A stretch of DNA of 64,000 bases from Macrostomum hystrix (lineage: Eukaryota; Animalia; Platyhelminthes), in assembly GCA_950097015.1 (NCBI GenBank), contig CATNEN010000039.1, positions 16,740,001-16,804,000 of the forward strand. Reading direction: 5' to 3'. Positions 47,452-60,552 of this stretch are shown in pieces; position 1 is the first letter of the stretch; each line of letters starts with the position of its first letter. A program made the translations under genes and the position numbers. The notes under the pieces were generated by a model. That model did not search any database. It saw nothing but the letters and a program-made list of their open reading frames with translations, and was not told the DNA's origin.

Positions 47452-49193
47452 CTAGCTGCCTTCGCTACCCTCTGGGTAGCCTCCCTGTGAGTTCTTATCA
47501 GTACGCGCGTGCGTTATCAAAACTGGCTCTGATGCAATCATTAAAATTGGCACTGGAGCCTCACTGCGCACAAGCTGAAAACAAGAATGCATTAGAAAAG
47601 CCTATTTAAAACTGTTTTTCGAATATTTAATCCCCTTGCCAATGGAATTAAGCTTAATAAAATTACGTGTACCGATTCCGGCCCAATTGTGATCTTTTGG
47701 CGAAGGAATTGTGAAAATCGGTTGAGCCGTTCGGGAGCTAGTCGATTGCAAACAAGCAAGCAAGATTTTCATTTTTAGTATATTACTAGCTGCCCCTCGC
47801 TACCCTCTGGGTAGCCTCACTGGAGTTCTTATCAGTTCGTTATCAAAACTGGCTCTGATGCAATCATAAAAATTGGCACTGGAGCCTCACTGTGCACAAG
47901 CTGAAAACAAGAATGCATTAGAAAAGCCTATTTAAAACAGTTTTTCGAATATTTAATCCCCTTGGCAATGGAATTAAGCTTAATAAAAATACGTGTACCG
48001 ATTCCGGCCCATTTGTGATCTTTTGGCGAAGGAATTGTGAAAATCGGTTGAGCCGTTCGGGAGCTAGTCGATTGCAAACATACAAACATACAAACATACA
48101 AACAAGATTTTCATTTTTAGTATATTAGAAAAAGAAGATATAACAAGCAAGATTTTCATTTTTAGTATATTAGAAGACTAGCTGCCTTCGCTACCCTCTG
48201 GGTAGCCTCCCTGTGAGTTCTTATCAGTTCGTTATCAAAACTGGCTCTGATGCAATCATTAAAATTGGCACTGGAGCCTCACTGTGCACAAGCTGAAAAC
48301 AAGAATGCATTAGAAAAGCCTATTTAAAACTGTTTTTCGAATATTTAATCCCCTTGGCAATGAAATTAAGCTTAATAAAATTACGTGTACCGATTCCGGC
48401 CCAATTGTGATCTTTTGGCGAAGGAATTGCGAAAATCGGTTGAGCCGTTCGGGAGCTAGTCGATTGCAAACATACAAGCAAGCAAGCAAGATTTTCATTT
48501 TTAGTATATTAGATAGATATTATACTAGCTGCCTTCGCTACCCTCTGGGTAGCCTCCCTGTGAGTTCTTATCAGTACGCGCGTGCGTTATCAAAACTGGC
48601 TCTGATGCAATCATTAAAATTGGCACTGGAGGCCTCACTGTGCACAAGCTGAAAATAAGAATGCATTAGAAAAGCCTATTTAAAGCAGTTTTTCGAATAT
48701 TTAATCCCCTTGGCAATGGAATTAAGCTTAATAAAAATACGTGTACCGATTCCGGCCTATTTGTGATCTTTTGGTGAAGGAATTGTGAAAATCGGTTGAG
48801 CCGTTCGGGAGCTAGTCGATTGCAAACATACAAACATACAAGATTTTCATTTTTAGTATATAAGACTAGCTGCCTTCGCTACCCTCTGGGTAGCCTCCCT
48901 GTGAGTTCTTATCAGTTCGTTATCAAAACTGGCTCTGATGCAATCATAAAAATTGGCACTGGAGCCTCACTGTGCACAAGCTGAAAACAAGAATGCATTA
49001 GAAAAGCCTATTTAAAACTGTTTTTCGAATATTTAATCCCCTTGCCAATGGAATTAAGCTTAATAAAATTACGTGTACCGATTCCGGCCCAATTGTGATC
49101 TTTTGGCGAAGGAATTGTGAAAATCGGTTGAGCCGTTCGGGAGCTAGTCGATTGCAAACAAGCAAGCAAGATTTTCATTTTTAGTATATTAGA
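47452..49193 (-). mobile_element. Head-to-tail array of 5 non-autonomous mini-Helitrons (about 335 bp each)
   Basis: Units start at CTAG 47452, 47786, 48178, 48525 and 48866. Each reads (minus) T(C)TAATATACTAAAAATG...GCTACCC-AGA-GGGTAGC-GAAGGCAG-CTAG. Confidence 0.92.
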
Positions 49194-50071
49194 CTAGCAA
49201 TTTGTGCCCCCCTTTGGGGAGCTTAAACCTAAAGGCAACTTTGAAATTATGAAACAATTTTGGTTAGTCAATAAAAAAATGTATAGCAGCTAACGAAGTT
49301 CAGTATTTAAACAAACAAAAATGTAAACTTTTATTGACGACCTAATAAAATGAAATAAAATAAAATCTCTTTTATTGATGCTCCTTTGTCCTTTACCATA
49401 CAAATCTAGACAGTCCCTTGTCCAAATATATACTGATTTAGGTGCTGATTCAGATGCATCTGCAGAAATCGCCACCAGCAAGACCAGAAACCCTGCACAG
49501 TTTGATCAACTGGATCTATTCCCAGGTGTCAGTCTTTCTACTTGCTGGCTTCAAGTCCGCATGGGAGATTGAATTTGAGAAGTCAATAATAGTAAAATAA
49601 GAAATGTAGCAATCAATCCACTTTAGGCCAGTTAATAACTGCAAACTCATTCTCACATATTTCAGTGACAATAAAATTAGTAGTGAGGTGGGGGTTGGGC
49701 AGATGCTTCTGCAGAGTTTGCCACCAGCAAGACCAGAAACCCTGCACAGTTTGATCAAATGGATCTATTCTCAGGTGTCAGTCTTTCTGCTTGCTGGCTT
49801 CAACTCCGCATCGTGGGAGACATGCATGGGGGCTAAGCAATGCACTCAGCACACTCAGCAGCTGGGAACAGCTGTTTACTCTCGAATTAAGCATCACAAG
49901 GAGCCTACAGGTCTGCTAAGGCTACTTCAGACCATGGCTGCATAGTCTCTCCAGTTTAAGCAGAAGAAAGTATGGATCATGAAAGTAGCGAACATGTACT
50001 TTTCAACTGCTTCTCAGGGCCCACACTATGCAGCCAACCTGCTCTCACTACAGTGGCACGAAACCTTACAA

Positions 50072-50282
50072 TGCTAATCTATATTTGTCTACATTTTATT
50101 TTCAAGCTTTTGCTTGCAATTTTCGCACATGAAGTGCTCAATTATTTCTAGCTAATCTATATTTGTCTAATTTTTTTCAAGCTTTTGCCTGCAATTTTCG
50201 CACATGAAGTGCTCAATTATTTCTAGCTAATCTATATTTGTCTAATTTTTTCAAGCTTTTACTTGCAATTTTCGCACATGAA
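50072..50282. repeat. Three tandem copies of about 75 bp in the Helitron 3' region (plus a duplication of about 105 bp at 49460-49570 and 49710-49820)
   Basis: GCTAATCTATATTTGTCTA...TTTTCGCACATGAA repeated. Confidence 0.85.
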
Positions 50283-50550
50283 TGAGTAATTCTTTTCTAT
50301 AATAGCTAGAATTATGTTTGTATCTGTTTGTTAATTAGCGAGCTTGAGTAGTATCGCATTTTTTCAAAATTTTATATGCTTCAGCTTTTGGCTGGTAATA
50401 ATCTGACTAAATGGCTTTAACTATGGTGGTGCACTTGTTTTTAAGGTTTTTAGTGCCACTGTAACAGGATTTGAACTGATATGCCTTCCATGGGCCCATG
50501 GTGTTAAACACCATTTACATATCAGGTGGCTCAACTTGTGATACCGAGGT

Positions 50551-53500
50551 TCAGTCACTCAGCACCTCAGGGTACACGACATTTCTCGTCCGCTCACCGG
50601 AGATCCGGACGCGCACGCTGTCGACATTCTTGGCCCGGGACAGCGCCGTGTACAGCTGGCCGTGGGCGAAGCAGCCGACAGCTAGGTCGATGCCCACGGT
50701 GTCGAGCGACTGGCCCTGCGACTTGTGGATCGTCAGGCAGAAGCTCGGCTTGACTGGGAACTGCAGCCGCTTGAAGCAGACTGGCAGGTCAGCATTGTTG
50801 GGCTCCAGTGGAATCCGCGGCAGCAGGATCTCATCTCCAGTGAACTGGCCGGCAGCGACTTTGCAGCGCAGCACATTCTCGCCCAGCTCCAGGATGATCA
50901 GCCGGGTGCCGTTGCACAGCCGTGGCGGATTCAGATTCCGCAGCAGAACCAGCGGCATGCCCACCTTGAGCTTCAGCAGGTGAGCAGGGAAGTTCGGAGC
51001 ATCCAGCTGATTCAGCAGCTCCGGAGGAAAGTGCGTGGCCGCTTCCTCGTCAGCCACGCTGTCCACTGAGCGATACTCGCGCAGTTGGCCTGGGAACATG
51101 GCCAGGCACTCGTTGTTGATCGCGTCAACCGCATCGTTGTAGGGCGCCAGAATGGCTCGGCTGGCAAAGTAGCCGTCGCGCTCCGCTGACGCCTCGAACG
51201 AAGGGTACACGAACTGGATCAGCTCGGACAGCGGTGCCTCCGTCGGAATGATGATCTTGGCAGGAAGGCAGACCGTGTCGTCTGACTGATCGGCTACCCC
51301 AGAGCCGATCTGTGTGGGGTTGGCAGGTAAATGCACGAGAACTGCGGCCTGTGAGGTTATCTAAAAACAGCAAGAACAAAGCTTACCTGCATGAGCAGCT
51401 GCATATAGCGATGGTACAGCTCAGCATCAGCACAGCTCTGCAGCCGGATGTTCTTGGATAGGCGGTGCCTCCGGAACAAAGACCACAGCGGGGACTTGCT
51501 AACACACGCCAGGATGTTGTTAGCGCGCGTGCCATTTTTCACCACCGGCAGCAGCTGGCGAAAGTCTCCAGCGCAGACCACGACGATTCCGCCGAACGGG
51601 CAGTCCTGCTTCCGCAGGTCTCGCAGACTGCGGTCGACAGCCTCCAGGTCCTTCCGGTTTGTCATGGAGATCTCGTCCCAGACGATCAGCCGTACAGTGC
51701 GAAAGACTGCGGCCAGCTTAGACTGCGCTCGGACAGAACACACGTCCTTGTCAGAGCGAACCAGCCGCACTGGGATCTTGAATCTGGCGAAAAATGTAGA
51801 TTGAGACTGAATGAGCAGGAGAACATTAAGTGTGAATTTGATTTCCATTAAAAAACGCACGTTGAATGCGCCGTCTGCCCGCCTGGCAGCAGGGTGGCTG
51901 CGATTCCCGACGACGCAACAGCCAGGGCGACTTCCCCTCGACTCCGCACAAACGCCAGCAAAACCTCCAGCAGGAAGGTCTTGCCAGTGCCTGCCGGAGC
52001 GTCAATGAAATGCAGGCCGCCCGAGCCAGCGACAAGATCCACAGTCACAGCCTCGTAGATGGCCATCTGCTCGGCCGTGAGCATTGGCAGCCGCATCTCG
52101 GTGATCTCCGCCTGTTCGACCGTGTCAAACTGCAGCGGCCCGACTTGCGGCATTGCAGAGGCAGCAGGCAGTCCGTACTCTTGCAGACTGCGGCCGCCCA
52201 TTGACGTCAGCATGCTCTGCAGCTCCCGCAGAGCCAGGTCGCTGACTTCCTCGGCGCTTAAGTCCGGTTGGTGGAAGCGCAGGTCTTCGCAGAGATCCTC
52301 TGCAAACCTGCTCCACAGATCAGCGCCGTCGTCTGGCTCGCCCCAGATGAGAACGACAGCCAGCAGGTGCCTCAGAGCTCGCGGCATTCGGCTCTGGACA
52401 GCCTCAGTCATGCAGCGATGCCAGTGATCATCACGCTGCAGCAGGCCGAGAGCCATGCAGGCGGCCTTGGCGCTGGCACAATGCACGCCGGCCACGGTCT
52501 GCAGCGACTCGAAGCTGGTCGGTCCTCGCACGTGCAGCAGCAACAGCCGCAGGTAGAACAGGTCACCAGCTCTAGGACTGACCGTGTACATCCGCGCAAT
52601 GTTGGTGTTGCGCTTCACGCCGGGATGTCCTTCGACATCGACGCCCTGCTTGGCTCGACGCCACTCTCTCGCACTCGGGTGCCACACGAAGAAGGTGGGC
52701 ACCTCTGTGTAGAGTAGCAGGCGGGCGAACTCGTCAGTGCGGCACAGCTTGAAGAAGGCCGTCAGTGTCGAGTCTCGTGGCGCCTTTGCTCTGGCGCCCG
52801 CGGTCTGCTCGTTGAAGTACACGAGCTGCTCTTCCGACTTGTGCACACAGAGTCGGATGACCGCTGGGAACCTGTTGTGCACCTGGGCAAAGGTGAGGAT
52901 ATTTTTTGAGCATCAGAGCTGCTGAAAAAAACGTAATGCAGTACTAAAAGCACAGGCAATGAAAGCAGAGCAGAGCAATTACCTCAAAGGCCAAGATGGT
53001 GTTAACAGCTTCCATCGGACCAATGTAGCGTGCAGACAGGTACTCGGAGATTTCATCACGGGGCTTCTCCGGCTGCTCAGATTGAGCACTCGGCTGAGCT
53101 TCAGCAGCTCCTGCGGCGGCGGCGACTTTGAAAACCGCCATGTCGCCATTCTTCATCAAGTACTTGATCACGTACTTGACAGACTTGACAGTGGCACAAA
53201 CCTCTACGTTCAAATGGCACGCGAACTGTAGCAGCAGGTCAGGGTTGTATGGCACCACCCACCTGGTGATTGGAGGGAAGCAGCGGCTTGCAGAGCACAG
53301 AAATGCTATGGCCACGCAGCTACTGACTCACCTGTTGTCCATTTGGATGCTGCGACCCTTGAACAGTTTGTCCACCGTGAAGCCTCCCATCTCAGGGGAG
53401 CGCCTCCTGTAGAACGGATAGCCGCTGTCGCTCGTCAGCGTCACCGGCTGGAAGTCCTTCGGGAAGCTCTTGCTGCACTTGCCGTTCTCCATGCAAGGGC

Positions 53501-56500
53501 AGGCCGGGTTCAGCTCGCCACACGGCCCGTGGATCATGTGGGTCTTGACCAGCTCGTGCAGCACTGGCTGCCGCTGTGGGTCTGGGATCTCCGCAGACAC
53601 GATGGCATCGTAGCGATCCGGGGTGACTCGACTCCCGTTCGCCAGCCAGAGCAGGAAGTGCACATGGGGAAGGCCTGAGGCGAGTTGATAAAAGCATGCG
53701 GACTCGTTATTCCAGGCTGTTAATATTGCCAATGTCTGCATGAAAATCTGATTTTACTCACCGCGCTTCTGGTACTCCAAGGAGCACACATGCGCAGCCT
53801 CCTTGCCAAAACGCTTCCTGAGCACTTCAAGCAGAGCCTTTTTCTTCAGTTCAAAGACTCGAGTCACAATGTCCGGGCGGTCCTCTGCCCGCTGACCGGG
53901 CAGCAGCTGCACGCTGATTTCCGGCCACTTCGGGTTGCACGTGGCTGTGACAAACAGGTCCGGCTTGCCGAACTTGTGCACGTAGGCCATTGCATCTTGC
54001 AGCCGCTCCATCAGGTACCTGGGTCCACCTACAAAGCTGGAAGACAGGTACACATGGGCAGGCTTACCAATCTCATTGGGGTCTCTCTCGGTGCTCCTGC
54101 CATCAGCAGCGAACAGAGCGTCTCGCAGGCCGCTGTAGGTCTCGCTGCGCAGGTCGTTCTGATGAGTGCGCAGGTACAGCAGCCTCTCGGACTCGATCTT
54201 GGCAGCCATGTCAACCAGGTACTGCTGGAAGAGGCGCCTGCCGTGGTGCAGCACGTTGAACTGGCCAGCTCGCACCATGATTTCGCTGGCGTAGTACTTC
54301 ATGGGCGTCAGCTTCCGCCCATTCGCCATCTGCAGCTCTGGGTGCCAGCCGTCCTCGCCATTCGGGAACAGCAGCACGTACTCCAGAGGGTCGTAGGACC
54401 GGTGGGTCTCGGATATGCGCTGGACTTCGCCTCCGCGCAGTCGAATCACAACGTCACGGCTTGTCGGTGCGTCCTCGGAACCACCGACAACCAGGATGCC
54501 AACCTCATTGGCAGTAGGGAGATTGTAACGCCTGGGAATGAACAGGAATGGAATTGGTACAGCAGGTACTTCACAGAATCAACTGCACAGACTGAACAGT
54601 ATAAGTGCAGGCGAAATAGGATCCCAACCAGCAGCTCCATAACACAGCTCACTCACCGAATGTGCTCCCCAGCTGGTCGTCGGTCCGGGTGAATCACAAT
54701 TCGCGCATCTCCCAGCTCAGGGTCGCCACTGATCCGCTGAGCAGCAGCTCGCAGGCTCTGCACATAGCCGTTGCACTCGTGCAGCACAGTTTGCAGCAGC
54801 TCCAGCAGCTCCGGCTTCACCTTCTGGCTGAGGCTCAGGCGGCTCTCCAGCTCGCGGTCCGTGAAGTACACCTGCCAGCCATGCGGCACGGCTGAGGTGT
54901 CGGCAAGCAGCGGCCCCATGTTGTGATGCAGCTGGCCGCTGATGATGAAGCTGGGACTCCAGCCAGGCACCAGTCTGAGCCTCGCACCCAGGGATGTCAG
55001 GTGCAGCACAGAGTTGTAGCTCCTGATGTTAGCCAGGAACTCTGCACTGAGGCGGTGCTGCCCCGTGTACAGATCTGCCAGGACCTGCGGCATGGAACGG
55101 GTGGGCAGCTTCACCTTGCCCTTGGCGCAGCAGAAATTGCTCGTCTCCTTGGCCCACAGCAGGGCGCCGCAGTCATTGCAGGCGCGGTTCATTGGGCCGC
55201 ATTGGTGAGCCGGGGCTTCTGGCATCACCGGCTCGGCATGCCTGTGAGCAGGGTTTGAGTAGGGGTTGAGCAGAGTTTATTAAGAGGGTACATTGATTTG
55301 ATTGACATTGCTTTCCATGCTAGTGATTTATTTGTGTCAGCAGATTAAACTGATTTAAACGAATAAATGCAAAATAACAAAAGCAAGTTACTCACATCTG
55401 CTCAGCCTGTGCTCCAGTGTCAGCACATGAGCTGGGGCTGTCAGCTGGCATCGCTCTCGGGCCCTTGGCTTTCTTGGCCCTCTTGGCAGGAGTTTTGCTT
55501 GCTGCCAAGCTTGGAAACTCTGCATCTGAAAGGGCTTGCAAAGGCTCTCGAAGTCTCAGTGACTCGTAATGCTCATGGCGCAAGAGCACGCGCACAATCG
55601 CATTAGGAGGATAGAGATTAGCCCTGAAATACTGCATCACATTACCATTGGCCTGGTAAATGACCAGGTCCACATTAAAGCAGCGGCTCAACAAAGAGGC
55701 AACTTCGTCTGAAACATAAGTGCCTGTTTGAAAAGAGGAACTCACAATGTCATCAGCACTCTCAGGTGCGATGAGGCCATCTGCAACCAACTGTGGCATG
55801 AGTTCTGCAACACGGCAAGACAAATCCTGCCGCAAGGAGGCTGCGTCAGTTTCTAGCGGGGTTCCACGCAGCTGATCACACACAGCATAAAAGAAGCAAT
55901 TGCCATCACCAATAATAGGGATTACCTGCAACTGCTCAAATGGTACAATAGCTTCCATACCTTGCTGCTGGGTGTCCGACCTAAGTTGGCAATGCAGTGA
56001 AAATAAAGCACAGCTGCATTTACAGAATTTTTAAACCAATTGTTGGACTGCAGGTTAAGTTACTCAAATCTACAGCAAAAAAATCAACACTTATGAGGCG
56101 ATTTAGAAAAAAACTAAATAAAACCATAATTATGTTATGTAACGTTATTTTATAGAGCCTCATAAAACTCACTTGGAAACCAAAGCTCCACGGCGACGAA
56201 TCTGCTCGGCTTCCAGTCGGGCAGCCCGCTCTGCCTCAGTCTCAGCATCTCTGCGCTGAGCATCCCGCTGCTGCTGTTCCTCCAGTCGGGCAGCTCGCTC
56301 TGCCTCAGTCTCGGCCTCTCTGCGCTGAGCATCTCGCTGCCGCTGTTCCTCCAGTCGGGCAGCTCGCTCTGCCTCAGTCTCAGCATCTCTGCGCTGAGCA
56401 TCCCGCTGCCGCTGTTCCTCCAGTCGGGCAGCTCGCTCTGCCTCAGTCTCAGCATCTCTGCGCTGAGCATCCCGCTGCCGCTGTTCCTCCAGTCGGGCAG

Positions 56501-56858
56501 CTCGCTCTGCCTCAGTCTCAGCATCTCTGCGCTGAGCATCCCGCTGCCGCTGTTCCTCCAGTCGGGCAGCTCGCTCTGCCTCAGTCTCAGCATCTCTGCG
56601 CTGAGCATCCCGCTGCCGCTGTTCCTCCAGTCGGGCAGCTCGCTCTGCCTCAGTCTCAGCATCTCTGCGCTGAGCATCCCGCTGCCGCTGTTCCTCCAGT
56701 CGGGCAGCTCGCTCTGCCTCAGTTTGAGAGGCTCGCTTCTCAGCCATTCGCTGACGTCGTTCTTCCAAACGGACCTCGCGATCGGCCTCGGATTCAGCTT
56801 GTCGCCGTCGCTTGGCATCGCGACTTTTCTTCAAACTGCTTGCGCCGCGTCGAACCAT
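50551..56858 (-). CDS. Helitron RepHel transposase with N-terminal STPR-like repeats and OTU domain; 9 exons (56858-56173, 55980-55396, 55241-54657, 54531-53762, 53674-53332, 53262-52983, 52882-51861, 51783-51387, 51309-50551), about 1808 aa
   Basis: All 8 GT-AG introns join in frame (5427 nt). Junctions rebuild RRYNLPTANEV, EYQKRGLPHVH (HUH), DNRWVVPYNP, TAHSTFKIP and LMQIGSG. Also present: KYVIKY, PDLFVTATCNPKWPEI, APAGTGKT, IVWDEISM, GDFRQLLPV, TIHKSQGQS, HGQLYTALSR and OTU GDGNC...HYES. Confidence 0.92.
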
Positions 56859-57459
56859 GATTGAGAACTGAAAAGTGAAATGAAATGATAAGTTGAGAGA
56901 TAATGAAAGGCTTGAAAGAGAGATAGGTTGTGAAATTTGGATTTGAATTTCGATGTCTGAAGAATCAGATAAGGAGCCTTTATAAACCACACTAATTTGC
57001 AAGCTATATATCATCACAGTGGGCTGAATCGGATATTATCTTAAGACCTAGGGTAAAAATCGATAAAACGGACCTCTGACCGCTTGAAATCTTAAAAACC
57101 GATGGAATGGGGTGAGGGCTCTCCAGCCCGTGCGTGCACATTTGGGGGCAAGAGGGGGAATAATGTACATTGCCTGCGCCAGCCTAGAATAGCCGGTAAG
57201 GACTTGGCTTGGGTAGGCCAGTGCGCCCAAATTTCAATATGATAGCGTCTAAGTTATCTCAAAGGCCTTTCACGTCTCTAAACTTCTCAACTCTAAATTG
57301 ATGTGAAAAAATGCGTCCACTGACCGATTACCACACGATGATAGTCTTGAGTCTTGATGAAACTTGTATGTCACTGTTGTGCCTTGAAATCTGACAGTGC
57401 TGTGCTTTCGAATCAGTCATTATTGTCTTAAATAAATATCATTGTATATTTACAAATTC

Positions 57460-60001
57460 GGAGCCTATGTATCTATCAATTCTAATTTCTGAGCCTAGAT
57501 TTCAATCGATTCTGTGCCTACATACCCATCGATTCTCAGCCTAGATTTCAATCGCTTCTGGGCTTAGATATCTTTCAATTCTGAGCTTAGACATCTATAC
57601 GTGTATTCTGAGCCTTGATTTCAATTGATTCTGAGCTTAGATATGTATCGATTCTGAGCCTAGATTTCTATCGATTCTGAGCCTAGATTTCTATCGATTC
57701 TGAGCCTCGATAACTATCAATGCTAAGCCTAGATTTCTATCGATTCTGAGCCTCGATAACTATCAATGCTGAGCCTAGATATCTATAAAAATGTTGAGCC
57801 TAGATATCTATAAAAAATGTTGAGCCTAGATATCTTTCAATACTGAGCCTAGATAACTATCAATGCTGAGCCTAGATATCTATAAAATGTTGAGCCTAGA
57901 TATCTATAAAAATGTTGAGCCTAGATATCTATAAAAAATGTTGAGCCTAGATAACTATCAATGCTGAGGCTAGATAACTATCAATGCTGAGCCTAGAAAT
58001 CTATCAATGCTGAGCCTAGATAATCATAAAAAATGTTGAGCCTAGATAACTATCAATGCTGAGCCTAGATATCTATCAATGCTGAGCCTAGATATCTATC
58101 AATGCTGAGCCTAGATATCTATCAATGCTGAGCCTAGATATATATCAATGCTGAGCCTAGATATCTATAAAATGTTGAGCCTAGATATCTATAAAAATGT
58201 TGAGCCTAGATATCTATCTTCTATCTATGCTGAGCCTAGATAACTATCAATGCTGAGCCTAGATATCTATCAATGCTGAGCCTAGATATCTATCAATGCT
58301 GAGCCTAGATATCTATCAATGCTGAGCCTAGATATATATCAATGCTGAGCCTAGATATCTTTCAATGCTGAGCCTAGATATCCATAAAAATGCTGAGCCT
58401 AGATATCTGTCAATGCTGAGCCTAGATAACTATAAAAATGTTATGCCTAGATATCTATCAATTTTGAGCCTAGATATCCATAAAAATGTTGAGCCTAGAT
58501 ATCTATCTTCTATCTATGCTGAGCCTAGATAACTATCAATGCTGAGCCTAGATATCTATCAATGCTGAGCCTAGATATCTATCAATGCTGAGCCTAGATA
58601 TCTATCAATGCTGAGCCTAGATATCTATCAATGCTGAGCCTAGATATCTATCAATGCTGAGCCTAGATAACTATCAATGCTGAGCCTAGTAATCTAGAAA
58701 ATGTTGAGCCTAGATAACTATCACGCTGAACCTTGATATGTATAAAATGTTGAGCCTAGATAACTATCAATGCTGAGCCTAGATATCTATCAATGCTGAG
58801 CCTAGATATCTATCAATGCTGAGCCTAGATATCTATCAATGCTGAGCCTAGATATCTATCAATGCTGAGCCTAGATATCTATCAATGCTGAGCCTAGATA
58901 TCTATCAATGCTGAGCCTAGATATATATCAATGCTGAGCCTAGATATCTATCAATGCTGAGCCTTTAGATATCTATCAATGCTGAGCCTAGATATCTTTC
59001 AATGCTGAGCCTAGATATCCATAAAAATGTTGAGCCTAGATATCTATCTTCTATCTATGCTGAGCCTAGATAACTATCAATGCTGAGCCTAGATATCTAT
59101 CAATGCTGAGCCTAGATATCTATCAATGCTGAGCCTAGATATCTATCAATGCTGAGCCTAGATATCTATCAATGCTGAGCCTAGATATCTATCAATGCTG
59201 AGCCTTTAGATATCTATCAATGCTGAGCCTAGATATCTTTCAATGCTGAGCCTAGATATCCATAAAAATGTTGAGCCTAGAAATCTATCTTCTATCTATG
59301 CTGAGCCTAGATAACTATCAATGCTGAGCCTAGATATCTATCAATGCTGAGCCTAGTTTTCTATCAATTCTGGGCCTAGATAACTATCAATTCTGGGCCT
59401 AGATAACTATCAATTCTGGGCCTAGATAACTATCAATGCTGAGCCTAGATAACTTCAATGCTGAGCCTAGTAATCTAGAAAATGTTGAGCCTAGATAACT
59501 ATCACGCTGAACCTTGATATGTATAAAATGTTGAGCCTAGATAACTATCAATGCTGAGCCTAGTTTTCTTTCGATTCTGACCCGTGAAATCTATCAATTC
59601 TGAGCTTGGATATCTATCCAATCTGAGCCTTGATTTCTATCGATTCTGAGCCTAGGAATCCATCAATTCTGAGCCTCGATAACTATCAATTCTGGGCCTA
59701 GATTTCTATCAATGCTGAGCCTAGTTAACTATCAATGCTGAGCCTAGTTAACTATCAATGCTGTGCCTAGATAACTATCAATGCTGAGCCAAGATAAATA
59801 TCAATGCTGAGCCTAGTTTTCTATCGATTCTGACCATTGGAATCTATCAATTCTGAGCTTGGATATCTATCAATGCTGTGCCTAGATCTCTATGAAAATG
59901 TTGAGCCTAGAAATCTATAAGAATGTTGAGCCTAGATATGGATCGATTCTGAGCCTAGGAATCTATTAATATTAATTCTAAGCCTAGATATCTATCAATG
60001 C
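57460..60001. repeat. 23-bp satellite (GCTGAGCCTAGATATCTATCAAT)n inside the Helitron, upstream of RepHel
   Basis: About 2.5 kb tandem array, homogeneous in the centre and degenerate at the edges. Confidence 0.95.
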
Positions 60002-60552
60002 TTTTGCAAGTAAGTAAGCAAGTAAGCAAGTAAGTAAGCAAGTATAATCAACAAATGTTACTTGCTGCCAAGAAAGGCCGATCACTTGAATCAATTCAGT
60101 TCTCAGCTGTTGACTTTGGAGTATGCTGTGATGTGAATGAATCTGCTATAATTGAAATCTGCTATATCTGCTAAATGAGTTTGAATAAATTAATTATCTG
60201 GCCAGTGGGGTTGACACAGCCATGCACATTTGGGTGAGAAATTTCTTATCAGTACGCTCGCCTAACAAAACTGGCTCTGATGCAATCATTAAATTTGGCA
60301 CTGGAGGCCTCACTGTGCACAAGCTGAAAACAAGAATGCATTAGAAAAGCCTATTTAAAACTGTTTTTCGAATATTTAATCCCCCTGGCAATGGAATTAA
60401 GCTTAATAAAAATACGTGTACCGATTCCGGCCCATTTGTGATCTTTTGGCGAAGGAATTGTGAAAATCGGTTAAGCCGTTCGGGAGCTAGTCGATTGCAA
60501 ACAAGCAAGCAAGCAAGCAAGCAAGCAAGATTTTCATTTTTAGTATATTAGA

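Larger units (their letters stand above)
49194..60552 (-). mobile_element. Autonomous Helitron (11.36 kb)
   Basis: 5' TCTAATATAC at 60552; 3' hairpin GCTCCCC-AAA-GGGGGGC, 8 nt, then CTAG at 49194; contains the RepHel gene. Confidence 0.93.

Noticed and set aside
24031-55980. Helitron OTU as the dedicated protease for the LINE's LRGG site
   Set aside because: Independent insertions more than 20 kb apart; host DUBs would suffice and nothing in the sequence links them
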